Source: Octopus sinensis (taxonomy: Eukaryota). Taken from it: 64,000 nt of DNA. The translations under genes and the position numbers were made by a program. Positions 52,343 through 64,000 of this stretch are shown one piece after another (within the stretch, counting starts at the first letter, position 1; each line of letters begins with the position of its first letter). The notes under the pieces were generated by a model. The model saw only the letters and a program-made list of their open reading frames with translations, had not been told where the DNA came from and did not search any database. The stretch lies in the NCBI RefSeq assembly GCF_006345805.1, contig NC_042997.1:62372001-62436000 (forward strand), written 5' to 3'.

Positions 52343-52359
52343 GTATACAGGATATAAAT

Positions 52360-53445
52360 TAGAAGAAGGGAATTATACATAGTATGCGCCACTAGAAGGA
52401 GAGGAAAAAAGTGATATTGATGGTGACACCCTGATAGAGGAAGACCTCTTGGGATAATCAAGGAACCCCATCATCCAAGATCACACTGAACACCAAGGAC
52501 GAGAGTCCTCTCCAACTCCTTTCTTTCGCCTCATAGGTCTGCAATGAGAGTGATACCATCCACTCTTGCCATTTTCGCAACTTTCACCCATCTTTTGATA
52601 AATTCCCTCGAGGACAGCACCCCACTCTCCACCCTCACTTTCCTTTTCAAGAGGACTTTACCAAAGAGGAAAGTTTCTGTCCTCATTCCTTTCATCCTCG
52701 TTCACCAGATAACCTCTTTTTCCACAGCCACCAGACAAAGGAAAACTGCCTTGCCAGCCCGATTAAAGGAAGGCGATGGGATAATCATCATTATGAACTA
52801 GGATGACAGATTGACTTGATTTACACGCGACATCAGCTGTTCGACATAACTCTACAAGTCAGCAATGCCCGAACACTAAACGAGTGTATGCAGACCGGTT
52901 TCGTCGCTCTGAACGCACCTCGGACAAGCTCAGCTGACTGCACATCCGTGCCTATTGAGTTAATCTCGAACTGGTAGTGCCCCGCCCAGTAACACTGCCA
53001 GTCCAAAGACAACTGGAAATTATCCATAACAGTCCTCAACCGGAAAGTCCTCCGGAATAGACTTGCCAGTTCGTCTTCGTTGACTCCTAGGGTCTCCCTG
53101 AGGACGTCGTCACTCTTCCCCGCTACTAATCTTCTGTACATATCTAAAGTGGAACATCTAGCGATCCTGTTGCTGGACTTGTATAGGACAGTGAGCGCCT
53201 GACGATATTGTAAGTGCCAGGCGTCCAGTCTCGACCTAACCTTCACCCAAGACTGCAGCTCCGTCAAGGAGACGAGCTGCGGAAAGGTGTGTCTTGCAAA
53301 CGGAGCCCACACACGTTCATCTTCTAGAAATCGCTGCAGATGACGCAACCTGAGTGTGTGTCTGCGCATTAAAATCCATGGCATGCCTAAGCTGCCACGC
53401 AAAGGAAATTGACGGCACACTGACCGCTTTATCATTGGAACGCGT
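52360..53445 (-). mobile_element. Tx1/L1-type LINE 3' end
   Basis: ORF 52833-53435 (LGMPWILMRRHTLRL...NFQLSLDWQCY) aligns with the 9-10 kb element; tail runs into (TTA)n. Confidence 0.8.
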
Positions 53446-53627
53446 CCTTTAACAAGGAAATCAACAGGGTATGTTCCAATCTAATCAAGCTATAACTGGG
53501 GCAAGGCGCAACGGTCAGGCGATAACTAATAACACTGTGATGTAGGCATTCGCCACCTCTGCCCGAACTTTCAGGAACAACAACAACAACAACAACAACG
53601 ACGACGACGACAACAACAACAACAACA

Positions 53628-53694
<67 letters not shown>

Positions 53695-55321
53695 CTAATA
53701 ATAATAATAATATTAATAAGCTATTCAATTGATTATTGAGCATATATCTTTCGCTTGTTTTAGTCATTAGACTGCGGCCAAGCTGGACACCGCTTTAAAG
53801 GATTTTAGTCGAACGAATTGACCCCAGTAGCTTTCTTTAAAGCCTGGCACTTTTTCTATCGGTTTCTTTTGCGGAACATCTAAGTTATGAGGACATAAAC
53901 AAACCAATACCGATCATACACACAGACGGGCACACATGCGCACGTGCACGCAAACAAACTGTATACTGTTTCATGGTCAACAGAAAAGTACACCATCTGG
54001 TGAGAGATAAATATTGTTTAATAAACACTGTGTATATTTTTATGAGCTACAAATAGTTTCATGCAACGAAAACAACTCAGACAGCATTTTACAACATGCC
54101 AGGTGCCTTCATGCAATCTTCAGGCTATACCCACATGCCATATACAAGCTAAACCAAGGCGCTAGAATAAGGGAAAATACGACAAAGGACGAGAAAAAGG
54201 CAAATGTAAAAGGTGGAAGGTAGGAAACACCAAAAAACGAAAGGAAAAGAAGAAAGAAAAAAGAGAACAATTAGAGTTATGTCCCCTTCCACCGTAAAGT
54301 CATAATAAGCCTGAATGGATAGGGGCTTAAAGTCTATGGTACATCTGCTCAGTAGTTGACGGGTTTCTTTCAGCTTCCATATACCAAATCTATTCACAAG
54401 GCTTTGATCGGTCCAGAGCTATAGTAGAAGACACTTTCCCAAGGTGCCATGCACTGGGAGTGAACCCGAAATCATGCGGTTGGGAAGCAATCTTCTTACC
54501 ACACAGCCACTCCTGCGCAAAAAGTATTTTCTGTCTCTTGAATAGTTTTCCACACCAATTCCATGCCAAGTCCATCTTAACTATTATATTCACTCGTCTG
54601 TCCTAATCTCAACGTGTCCTCTGTGTCTCTCAGAGAATCCTCAAGCAAAACATTTTGTCAAAATGTTTATCTCCACTCTAGATCTATATTCCCCTCCAGT
54701 TTTATGCAGTTATCAACTTTCAAAAATTTAATATGAACATCAACCGTATCGTGATAAGCAGTGTCAGAGGTCCGGCATAATCTTTGTAGAGGTGCATGGC
54801 TTAGTCGTTAGGATGTTGAACTAATGATCGTAAGATTGTGGTTTCGATTCTTCGATCGGATGACGCATTGTGTTTTTGATCAAAACACTTCATTTCATGT
54901 TGCCCCAGTTCATTCAGCTAGCAAAACTGAGTAATCCTGCAACGGACCGGCGTACAGTCCAAGAAATATATGGGCCACGGAAACCAGGAAACCGGGCCTA
55001 TGCTCTATATGACTCGAGAAGAAATTTTATCCTTTATCTGTTATTCGTTGTCTTTGCTATTCAAATTTAAATGTAAAGAAAGTGCATAACCTGGAGAAAG
55101 TAAATAGTACGTGGGTTTATTAAGCGATGCACTATTTCATCGAACCAAATACTTGAACATATCTGACCATATTACAGTAAGAATACACGTCATCATTTTG
55201 CTGTTAATATCAAAATATCTCGTTAGATAATTTCAAGGGCTAGTAAAAAAGGAAAAGGAACAACAACAAAAAAAGGAAGAAAAGAAGGCAAGGTTAACTT
55301 TTAATCTAGTCGGAGGCGCAG

Positions 55322-55400
55322 CATCCTTGATATTTCGAAGCAGCCATGATATTTCGAGGTGTTCATGATATTTTAAGGCGTCCATGATACTTTGAGGTGT
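55322..55400. repeat. Degenerate 19-bp minisatellite, about 4 units
   Basis: (c/t)atgatatttcgaggtgtt-like units. Confidence 0.6.
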
Positions 55401-55729
55401 GCTAAACTGAAGTATGTTGATGCAGCTGATATTTAGTTGCTAATTCTCTGGGCCAATACAGTTGATGCCATTGCAACTACTGGATGTTGATATTTGTAGG
55501 TAAATCATGGACAGATGGTAATTCTGAGAGCTGCAATTCTGGGTATCAAAGATTAATCAAAGTGTTTAATGCAGAGTTTGTGGAACTATGAGGTTTACTT
55601 TAGATAATGAATGAAGGAGAAAACTGTATCAGGTTGCTTCTAGGAGGAACGTGCAAAGGATTGCTTCTATAGGAAAGGCAAAAACCGTTATAGAAATAAT
55701 AGATGAGACGTAAAAGACAAGAAAAACTG

Positions 55730-56782
55730 TGAACTAATGGTTGTGATATGTTGGCGAGTGAATGTTATGCTCGTCAGTTAGCTTTGTAGGAGATATTGTG
55801 TATACTGTTTGTATGTTTGTAGCAACAACATTATTCCAAACATCGGAGCAATTCGCAAATTTCAGCTTGAAGAGGATGAGAAAGAACAAACATATTTCAT
55901 GCTCTAATTCAGGGTTTCACAAACCGGAGAACATTACTCCAAGTAGGGTAAAAATGAAATTCTTGGTGGTAATGAGGATTCATTAGACATAAGTAAAAGC
56001 TTTTATATTGGAGACAGAAAGCAAAACAAAACAAGATAGCTGCCTTTTCAAAGTTAGCCTTACTTTTGCAGGATTGGGAAAATAATACTTTTGGCGACAT
56101 CAAGGATACAGTTATAAAGCATCTTACCAAACTGGAAGGGTGCTTCTCTGATTACTTTCCAGATCTTGATTCACATACTGTCAGTTGGGTTGTAGATGCC
56201 TATAAATGTGAAATTGCTGATGTTCCAGAAGAGCCTCAAGGGTTGGTAGAGACATCTCTTGAACATCGATCCAATGAAGCATATTGAATTTGAAAACAAT
56301 GCAGATCTGTCGCACTTTTGGATGTCAACTGCAGCAAAAGCTTTCAAAACTATATATGGGGAGACAGTCAAAAAGTTGCTGCCTTTAGCATCAACTTACC
56401 TTTGCAAGCAAGGACTTTCCACTCTAATAAACATAAAAACAAAGCAGAGAAATTGATTGGACCCCGAAGGCTATCTAAATTGCTCTGGCATCAAAACGCC
56501 CCAATTTTGATGTAATTGTAAGAAAAATGAAACATCATTTCTCCAAAACCTGTAGTGATCAAAAAGTTCCTAGAAAAATCCTTTTGTTTCATAATGAGAA
56601 TATTAATTCATTTTATCGCATTCGTTTTATGCTTTTCATATTTATAATAGATTCAATGTACTTTTTATATTTATAATAGATTCGATAAACCTATTATATT
56701 CTTCCTTTCAAATCAAGGGTGTAACGTCGGCGTAAATAAATATATTTTGGGGTAACTGGTTAAAAAAGTTCTGCGACACTTG
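55730..56782 (+). mobile_element. hAT (Buster/Charlie, ZBED5/SCAND3-like) 3' remnant
   Basis: KHLTKLEGCFSDYFP, FWMS...LLPLASTYLCKQGLSTLINIKTKQRN (dimerisation domain). Confidence 0.8.
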
Positions 56783-57844
56783 ATCTAATTAGGAAACTTA
56801 ATCTCTGAGAAAAAAGCAGTTTTGCAATTGATTAAATGATCTGTTGTTACATAATATACCTCTGAAGTTCTACAGAAAGAAAACAAGATGGAAATTAGAT
56901 TATCCACATAATATTTATAGTTTATCTGTCAAGGGTCAAAATTTGAAGCCGTCATTCCCTTCGTTTCCTATGCAGGGCTTGTGTTGCCTAAATAATATGT
57001 CAAATTATAAATTTATGGGAGATTTAAGTACTGTTCTTACTCTTTTAATAATTTTTCTGCCATCCTAGTATTCTAAATTTATTTATTGATATATTTTTTA
57101 TTTATTTATATAATTTGAACAAGTATGGCTAAGCATATGATATTGTCGAGGTCACCTTTAGGGGTAAGCACTGGGGCTAAAGCAAGCCGAGAAGAGGAGA
57201 GACGACTGAATATCGTATTTAAGTGGGGCTAGATCCGATAGGAGCTAACTATTCCAGGGACAGAGAATATATAAGCTTGACAATTAAGTGGGCAAGATTT
57301 TTTCCTGTATCCAAACAGTTGTATTTGTAGTATAAATATCGACGGAGGTGTGAAAGTATATATTCTATAAATGAACATTATTACAATCTCATAATGAAGA
57401 CGAATATTTTTCATTTGTTCAACGTCTTTAGTTAATGGCTGAAATTACTTGTGCTACCTTATTCTAACCATTTTGCAATGAACGAACGGGTAATTCGCAG
57501 CTGCGAAATATTTTAGGGGAAGTAACTCTGCTTAGCCTAAATGAAATTTGGTGACGTGTTAAAACGCTTAAAGTATTTCGCTTGTTATAACGTTCTGGGT
57601 TCATATTCCATTGACCTTGACTATCATCCTTCCGAAGTCGATAAAATAAGTACTATTCGATCACTGAATTGATATAACCATCTAGCCGCTTCCCCAAAAA
57701 AATTTCATGCTTGTGCCTTTAGTACATTAATTACCAAATTACCACTAATGAATGTTACGCTAATTAGTAGAACAGCTGTTTACCAAAAATCGATAGAACC
57801 GAGAGTGAACTTAAACGACGGATATGCTTTTAATGCTTTTAAAT

Positions 57845-58950
57845 ACGAGGGAGTACTGAAAAGTTCCTGGCTTTGGGTAAAAGAAAATAGAGGAGGATCA
57901 GTTAATTATAACTTTATTCAACATATTCCCCTCTGAAATTACACGCTTACTGCAGTGGTCCTTCAGTTTTTCTAAGCCCTGTAAAAAGAATTCGGAAGGT
58001 TGGGTCTGCAATTAGGCCTCTGTAGCAGCGATCACTTCCGAACTGGAGCGAAATTTTGTTCCCTTGAGATATTTTTTTCAATTGTGGAAGGAGGTGATAG
58101 CTGGAAGGGACCAAGTCAGGAGAGTAAGGTGGATGATCTACCAATTCGAAGCCAAAATCGCGCATTTTCAGTAGAATTTCATGTGTTGTGCGTGCTGATG
58201 CATTGTACTGCAAAAAAAAAAAAAGACACTATGACTCAGCTTTCCACATCGTTTCTGTTTCAAAGTTAAGTTACCCGCAGTTCATTCAATAAAGACACGT
58301 AGTATCCCCTGTTAATAGTGCGACCCTTTGGCAGGTATTTTATGAGGAGTACTCCGTCTTTGTCCCAGAACACTTAAGCCACAATCTCTCCAGCTGATTT
58401 CTTGGTCCAAAGTTTCTTGGGACACGTGAACCGCTGTGGTGCTACTCAGTTGATTATTGCTTGGTTTGCAGATTATAATGATGAATCTAAGTTTCATTTA
58501 TGGTGACTAAACGAGTCATGAAATCAGCCTCTCCCGCTGCAAACCGGTCCAAAATCGCCTTTGATATTATCATTTTGATGCGCTTCTGATCTGCGTTCAG
58601 GCATTTTGGAACATATTTTGCGGAAAGCTTTCTCATGTCCAGAATCTTGGGGGTGATATGGCTAACTCTCTCGCGAGAAATTCCTAGAGTCTCGTCTATA
58701 ACTTAACCTGAAATCCGGTGGTCCTCGAGAATCAGGACGTGCACAGCGCTGGCTTTGTTCTCTGGAGTCACGGAAGGGGGCTGTTCTGGCCGGAATTCAT
58801 TTGTAACCTCGAAATGGCCAATCAGAAACATTTTCACTGTGGAGTAAGATGGGCAGCCTTCCTTCATCTCGTCATGGATTTCCACCGCTTCTTTGCCTTG
58901 GAAAAATAGATACTTCATGACCGCCCATGCTTCAATTTTACCAAAATCCG
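57845..58950 (-). mobile_element. Decayed mariner
   Basis: HAVMKYLFFQGK..., HNASART...ELVDHPPYSPDLVPSSYHLLPQLKK; end GAGGGAGTACTGAAAAGTTCCTGG. Confidence 0.85.
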
Positions 58951-60250
58951 CGGTAGGGATATGCTGATTAAACTAACACCAGTCTTCAGCTGGTACTTAT
59001 TTTATCGATTCCAGAAGGATAAAATGCAAAGTCAACCTAGGCGAAATTTGAACTCAGAAAAAGACGGATCAAATGCTGCTAAACATGTTGCTGGGCGTGC
59101 TAATGATTCTGCCAGCTTGCTACCTTAAATACCACATATATAGAGTTTTCAAATTTTGGCACAAGACCAGCAAGTTCTGTGGCTGGGATAAATCGATTAC
59201 ATTAACCCCAGTGCTCAATTTTATCAACCTTCAAAAGGGTGGTGGGCAAAGTCAGTGTCAGCTTCGGATGAATTTGAACTCAGAACGTAAAGATAGATGA
59301 AATGCCGCTAAGCAGTTTGCTCGGTGTACTAACGATTCTGCCAGCTTAGTTCCTTAAATGTCACGCATATGTTGAAGACAAACATGGAAACGTCTATATA
59401 GGGGCTTCACTTGATTAAATTGCAATCCAAATCTCTCCTAAAATCGCGTCTAATTTAAGAAAAGGAAACGTTGAATATTGTACTTGCACATATCCACTTT
59501 AAAAAACAATATCGTAACAATTGGTTAGCTAGCTATGCTGCTAAACAACAGCAACAATTCATCCACTTGTTTCTGAAGTTAATTTTTTAAATATATATGC
59601 GATATCAGAAATTTTGTAATTATAAATATATTACTATATAAACAATGTACATATCAGAATTTCAGTATTTAGATAATTATGTGATAGGTTTTACTTCCAA
59701 TCCGTGTTGAAAACACTTTTATACAAAGACGGAGTCAATTAACTGCAACTCCGCTACTAAAGGATTAAACCTTAAACGCCAGAAAAGGGTTGCATGATTG
59801 TGTATTCCAGACGGACAAAGGAAAAAAACGTAAAATTCTCCATCCTCCAGGCTTCCCTCGTTTTGTTTCTTTTTAATGAGTAGGTATTTTCCGTGCCACA
59901 ACTAGCTACAGTTATTTAAGATATTTCGGGATAAATCATACTTTTTCTTCTTTTAGAATATGGAGTTATTACAAACGTGATTTGTCAACCATCTCAGTTG
60001 ACAGAAAGAGGATCCGAATGAAAAAAATATAATTCAAACAAATATATCGCTTACTGATATAATGAATTATGCCCCTTGAAGGTTAAAACAAAGTAATTAG
60101 GAATTCTCTTCCTTCACAAGGGAGCTTATTGTGGTGTTCATATTCTGTCAATTAAAATCACGGTCTGGGAATGATGATCGGCACCATTTAACCTAGACTA
60201 CAGCTGTGAGATATAGAGAAGTAAACAACGCTGGTTATCTGTGTATGTGA

Positions 60251-60292
<42 letters not shown>

Positions 60293-60362
60293 ATATATTC
60301 TCTTATGCGCTTCAGCCAAAAAGGTTGTGGCCATACTGAGACACTGCCATTAAAAAATAACA

Positions 60363-60428
60363 CACAACAGACAGGGTTCGAACCTATGCGGATACAACCC
60401 ATTGGATTTCGAACCTAACACCTTAACT
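60363..60428 (-). pseudogene. 5'-truncated tRNA-Ser(CGA)-like pseudogene
   Basis: GTTAAGGTGTTAGGTTCGAAATCCAATGGG...CGCATAGGTTCGAACCCTG resembles eukaryotic tRNA-Ser (long variable arm); no CCA; followed by a T6 tract; 5' acceptor/D region absent. Confidence 0.7.
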
Positions 60429-61589
60429 GGTATGTGTGTATGTATGTATGTATGTATGTATGCATGTATGTATGTATGTATGTACGTATGTATGTATGTA
60501 TGTATGTATGTATGTATGTATGTACGTATGTATGTATGTATGTATGTATGTATGTATGTATGTATGTATGTATGTATGTATGTATATGCGTGTGTGTATA
60601 TATATGTATTATGTATGTGTCTTCTATTTTTTAATTATAATAAATCTTCCACAGAGGAGGGAGCCAGTTTCCAACATAGATATAAGGCTCCGTCTTTGGG
60701 ATGTAGTTAACACAGACAAATTCACATTTGGAACTTGAGAAAAGTATTGCTTATTTTCACTGTTCCACACACATATTGGACTTGTAATGTACGAATCAGC
60801 CAGTCAGTTTCTCTTTCTGAAAATAGCTTTCTCTTTGTTAAATAGCTTGACAAACTGTTGTGTTGTCTTAGATTATTTAAGAACTATCACCACTAAAAAT
60901 TACCTGTGTCATTGTATATGTGGATATATTTTTATTTTGTCTTTATTCTAAAGGCATCTAAATATATTGATTTCAAATTCTGGCACAATGCCAGCAATTT
61001 CGTGCGTGGCGATATGTTGTTTATATCGATTCTAGTGATCTACTGATACTTATTTTATCGATCCCGAAATGGATGAAAAGCAAAATTGACCTCGGTGAAG
61101 TGTGAACTCAGAACGTAGAAACTGACGAAGTGCCGCTAAACATTTTACTTGGTGATCTAACGCTTCTGTCGGCTCACCATCTTATACATCTAAATATATA
61201 TGATTTAGCTAAACAGCATCACGATCAAATATCTATATCATTTAAAGAAAAAAAAACTGTTTTTATTCGGAGTAAGAAAAATATTTGATAACTAATCATT
61301 ATATGATTTTTTTAAATATAAAAGTATAACAAACATTAGTGCACCGTTTCCGTGTTAGAAACAATGTTGTTGCAACAAATATAACTTATACACATCGAAA
61401 AATAAATTATCCAGATGACTGACAAATATTCACCCACTAATACATTATACCCACTAGTCCACAACATGGCTGCTTCTTCCCTGTTTCTTCTATCGCAATT
61501 AAATTGTACTTTTGTTCTAAACTAACGAAGTCGCATTTCAAGTGAAATTCAGAGAAAAACTCTTCTGAAAAGAAGATGCAGTATTATCA

Positions 61590-61622
<33 letters not shown>

Positions 61623-63289
61623 GAGCGAGAGAGAGAGAGAGAGAGAGTGGGGGGAGAACATGATGAAAATTTGAAATGAGGAGCGAGTAATGTTTCCCCT
61701 AATGTTCTTATTCTGCTGCACGTTTTTTGCCGTTGTTAACTGTAGCACCCTCTTGTGAGAGAAACTTCAGTGTTCTAAAGCGAAAAGAAAGGTCGTGCTT
61801 TCGGTCTACATAGGTGCAAGAACGTTTGAATGAATTAACAGTTTTTTTCCCAAGAAATGCAAAGAAAGTATCTCAGAATATGAATAAATAATGAACCTTC
61901 CTAAATAGAAATAGTGAATACAGAAAAGGAACCACTTTTGTATTTAGTGCTTCTTATTATAGTCCTGTTATCTATTGTTTTATATAGAGATTTTGAATAA
62001 AATTGCGATTACTGCTTTTATGAATAGCTTTAATATTTTTATTCTGTTACAATAAAAAAGTAATACCTAGCATCAGTGTTGTTTTTTAGGTAGATCCAAA
62101 ACTCATCACCAGCTTGCCAGGCTTGTCGCAACTTTACCATATTACTTATTTTTACTAGATGAGTCGGCTAAAGCAACGGGAAATGAAGCGCTGTGGTCAA
62201 TAACGCTGTGCTCAGGAATCGAAACCACAATTTTACTAGCATAAGTGCAACACCCTAACCACTAAGCCACGCACCTCCACTTATTCTATTGTATCCGTTG
62301 TAAATGCCTCATGTCCACAACATGTATATAACCATAACCCACGCATAAATCATCTCTATTTGCCACTGATTTGTAAAATTCTTAGAGAACAGTTTCATTG
62401 AGACCCAGTATTTCACAACTCACTTTTGTACGGGCTTATTAAATAGCAATAACCTACAACTTTGTATGATTCATGTGTAGACCATAGCCATCTGCTATTC
62501 TGAAATGTCAGCAAAATACTACTCTCGTCAGAGGCCAATAAATATTATTATACTTTTTCATGGACAATGGTTTCACAAAATCGTCAGGCATCGGAAAAAC
62601 ACCTTGCGGTATTTACTTAAAACTCTTTACTTTCTGAGTTCAAACCTGTCGTGTTCAATTCTGCCTTTTATCTTTAGGCGGTCGATAAAATCGTTTAAAG
62701 GATAATGTAGGCAATGGTATACTTATCTCCTCAAATCTGTGTCCCTGTGCTAAAATTAAAAGGATCTATAATGAGCCGCTCCACTACATGGAAAATGGGT
62801 GGCCCATCAGAGATATACGAGGTTCAAATGTACGTGGCTTCCGTTTGACAGATCATAGTCACGTAATAACGTGACTGATCAGGCTATCACATGGTGTTAC
62901 ACATCGCTGGTCACAATGCACTGATGCCACTCCGCTGCCTAAGCGAACAGGCCAACACCAAATCCCCACTACCACAACCACCTGATCAAAGGGGGACTGG
63001 AGCAATGTGAAATGAAGTGTTTTGGTCATGAACACAACGCACCACCCATTTAGGTAATCGAAACCACGATCTAACGATCGTGAGTGCAACAGCCCAGCCA
63101 CGAAGCCACGCGCCTTCGCAATAGATCATAGCACGGACAATAAATGTGTGCTGTGAGGTGATAATTTTAATGAAAAGTTTTTTATCGGTTCGTATCAAAA
63201 TTTCTTACCATTTCTATTTTCTTTGACTGTATTTATTAATTTTAGTGGCAATCCTCTAATTAGCAACACTTCCTTTCCACCGGATCAGT

Positions 63290-63600
63290 TTCATCATCTT
63301 CAATTGCTGGAGGAATCTTGAACGTTTCTAGACGCCGTATTTTACTCGGCTGGGCCCTGGAGCAGAAGCTGACCTTGCTACCTAAGCAACTTCCTCAATT
63401 TCCCTCTTGCTTGGCTCGTTCATGTCAAACTACTTCGTTGTTGGCGCTGGACTTATAAGGATGTTTTTTGACGAAGTTCATGCTCCCCTTCGAGGTTATT
63501 TAAGGTATGGCAAAGGAAGGTGTTCACTCCTTAAGCCAGACAGTTCACAATATTGAAGCCAGGACGTTTCAACAAACTAGTAATTTTAACATAAGCAGTA
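63290..63600 (-). mobile_element. HERO/NeSL-like LINE fragment upstream of RT
   Basis: FDMNEPSKREIEEVA*VARSASAPGPSR resembles the EP..EV.EVV.KAR.ASAPGP motif. Confidence 0.5.
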
Positions 63601-63838
63601 GAGAGGTAAGGTTACTCTATTTTTCTTGTGTAATTAATTCATTTGCCTAAAGAAAAACTTGGAAAGCATGTGTGAATGTGAAAAGTATTGAACATTTCTG
63701 AGCTGAAATTCTGAATACATCAAAAGTCTCAGATTTTGTGCTTCTTATTGCAGTACTGTTCTTTATTGTTTCATATACAGATTCTGAGTAAAATTGATTT
63801 CGATTCTCCGTTTTCAGGAATTAATATAATTCTTATGT

Positions 63839-64000
63839 GAAGGCACATGACTCAGTGGCTAGAGCGTCGGGCTCACAATCATAAGGTAGTGAGTTCGAAT
63901 CCGGATCCAGGTTGTGTGTTGTGTTCTTGAGCAAGACACTTTATTTCACGTTGCTCCAGTTCGCTCAGTTGTAGAAATGAGTTGCGAAGTCACTGGTGCC
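63839..64000 (+). mobile_element. tRNA-derived SINE family B
   Basis: GAAGGCACATGACTCAGTGGCTAGAGCGTC..GAGTTCGAATCC..GAGCAAGACACTTTATTTCACGTTGCTCCAG; related copies at about 22245-22400, 22845-23080, 39598-39880, 50022-50300, 54788-55020 (+) and 62130-62285, 62865-63125 (-). Confidence 0.75.

Noticed and set aside
59719-59901. EF-like KKQNEGSLEDGEF on the minus strand as a further first exon
   Set aside because: Lacks D1 and the entering-helix pattern, the donor would be phase 2, and there is no similarity to the other exons.
28662-60738. Many YI/CV/HT/MYVC/poly-N/poly-L ORFs in the track
   Set aside because: Translations of (TA)n, (CA)n, (CATA)n and (TAA)n microsatellites.
1-64000. CRISPR arrays or prokaryotic operons
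   Set aside because: No regularly spaced repeats with unique spacers; the sequence is eukaryotic, with spliceosomal introns.

Overview
AT-rich eukaryotic DNA packed with (TA)n/(CATA)n/(TAA)n microsatellites and decayed transposons. The SINE families look like those of Octopus/coleoid cephalopods (inference from memory, not verified). One apparently intact host gene is present: a minus-strand, 3-exon, 145-aa calmodulin-like four-EF-hand protein (exons 19770-19621, 16874-16789, 13060-12859) with matching GT-AG sites and phases, a TATA box and an AATAAA signal. Upstream lie two more TATA-bearing first exons (36502-36368, 41845-41711). Each encodes a different EF-hand 1 and ends in a phase-0 AAG|GT donor, and I found no exon 2 or exon 3 of their own. 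This suggests a variable-first-exon/constant-exon calcium sensor, and every codon that differs between the two distal exons changes the amino acid. The remainder is Helitron, mariner/Tc1, hAT, Gypsy, R4/Dong, Tx1, HERO-like and Penelope-like (PLE) remnants. Several PLE pseudo-LTRs carry minimal hammerhead ribozyme motifs, some with a U3-A8 core. There is also a tRNA-Ser(CGA) pseudogene and several palindromes. All alignments and counts were done by hand; TE boundaries are approximate.
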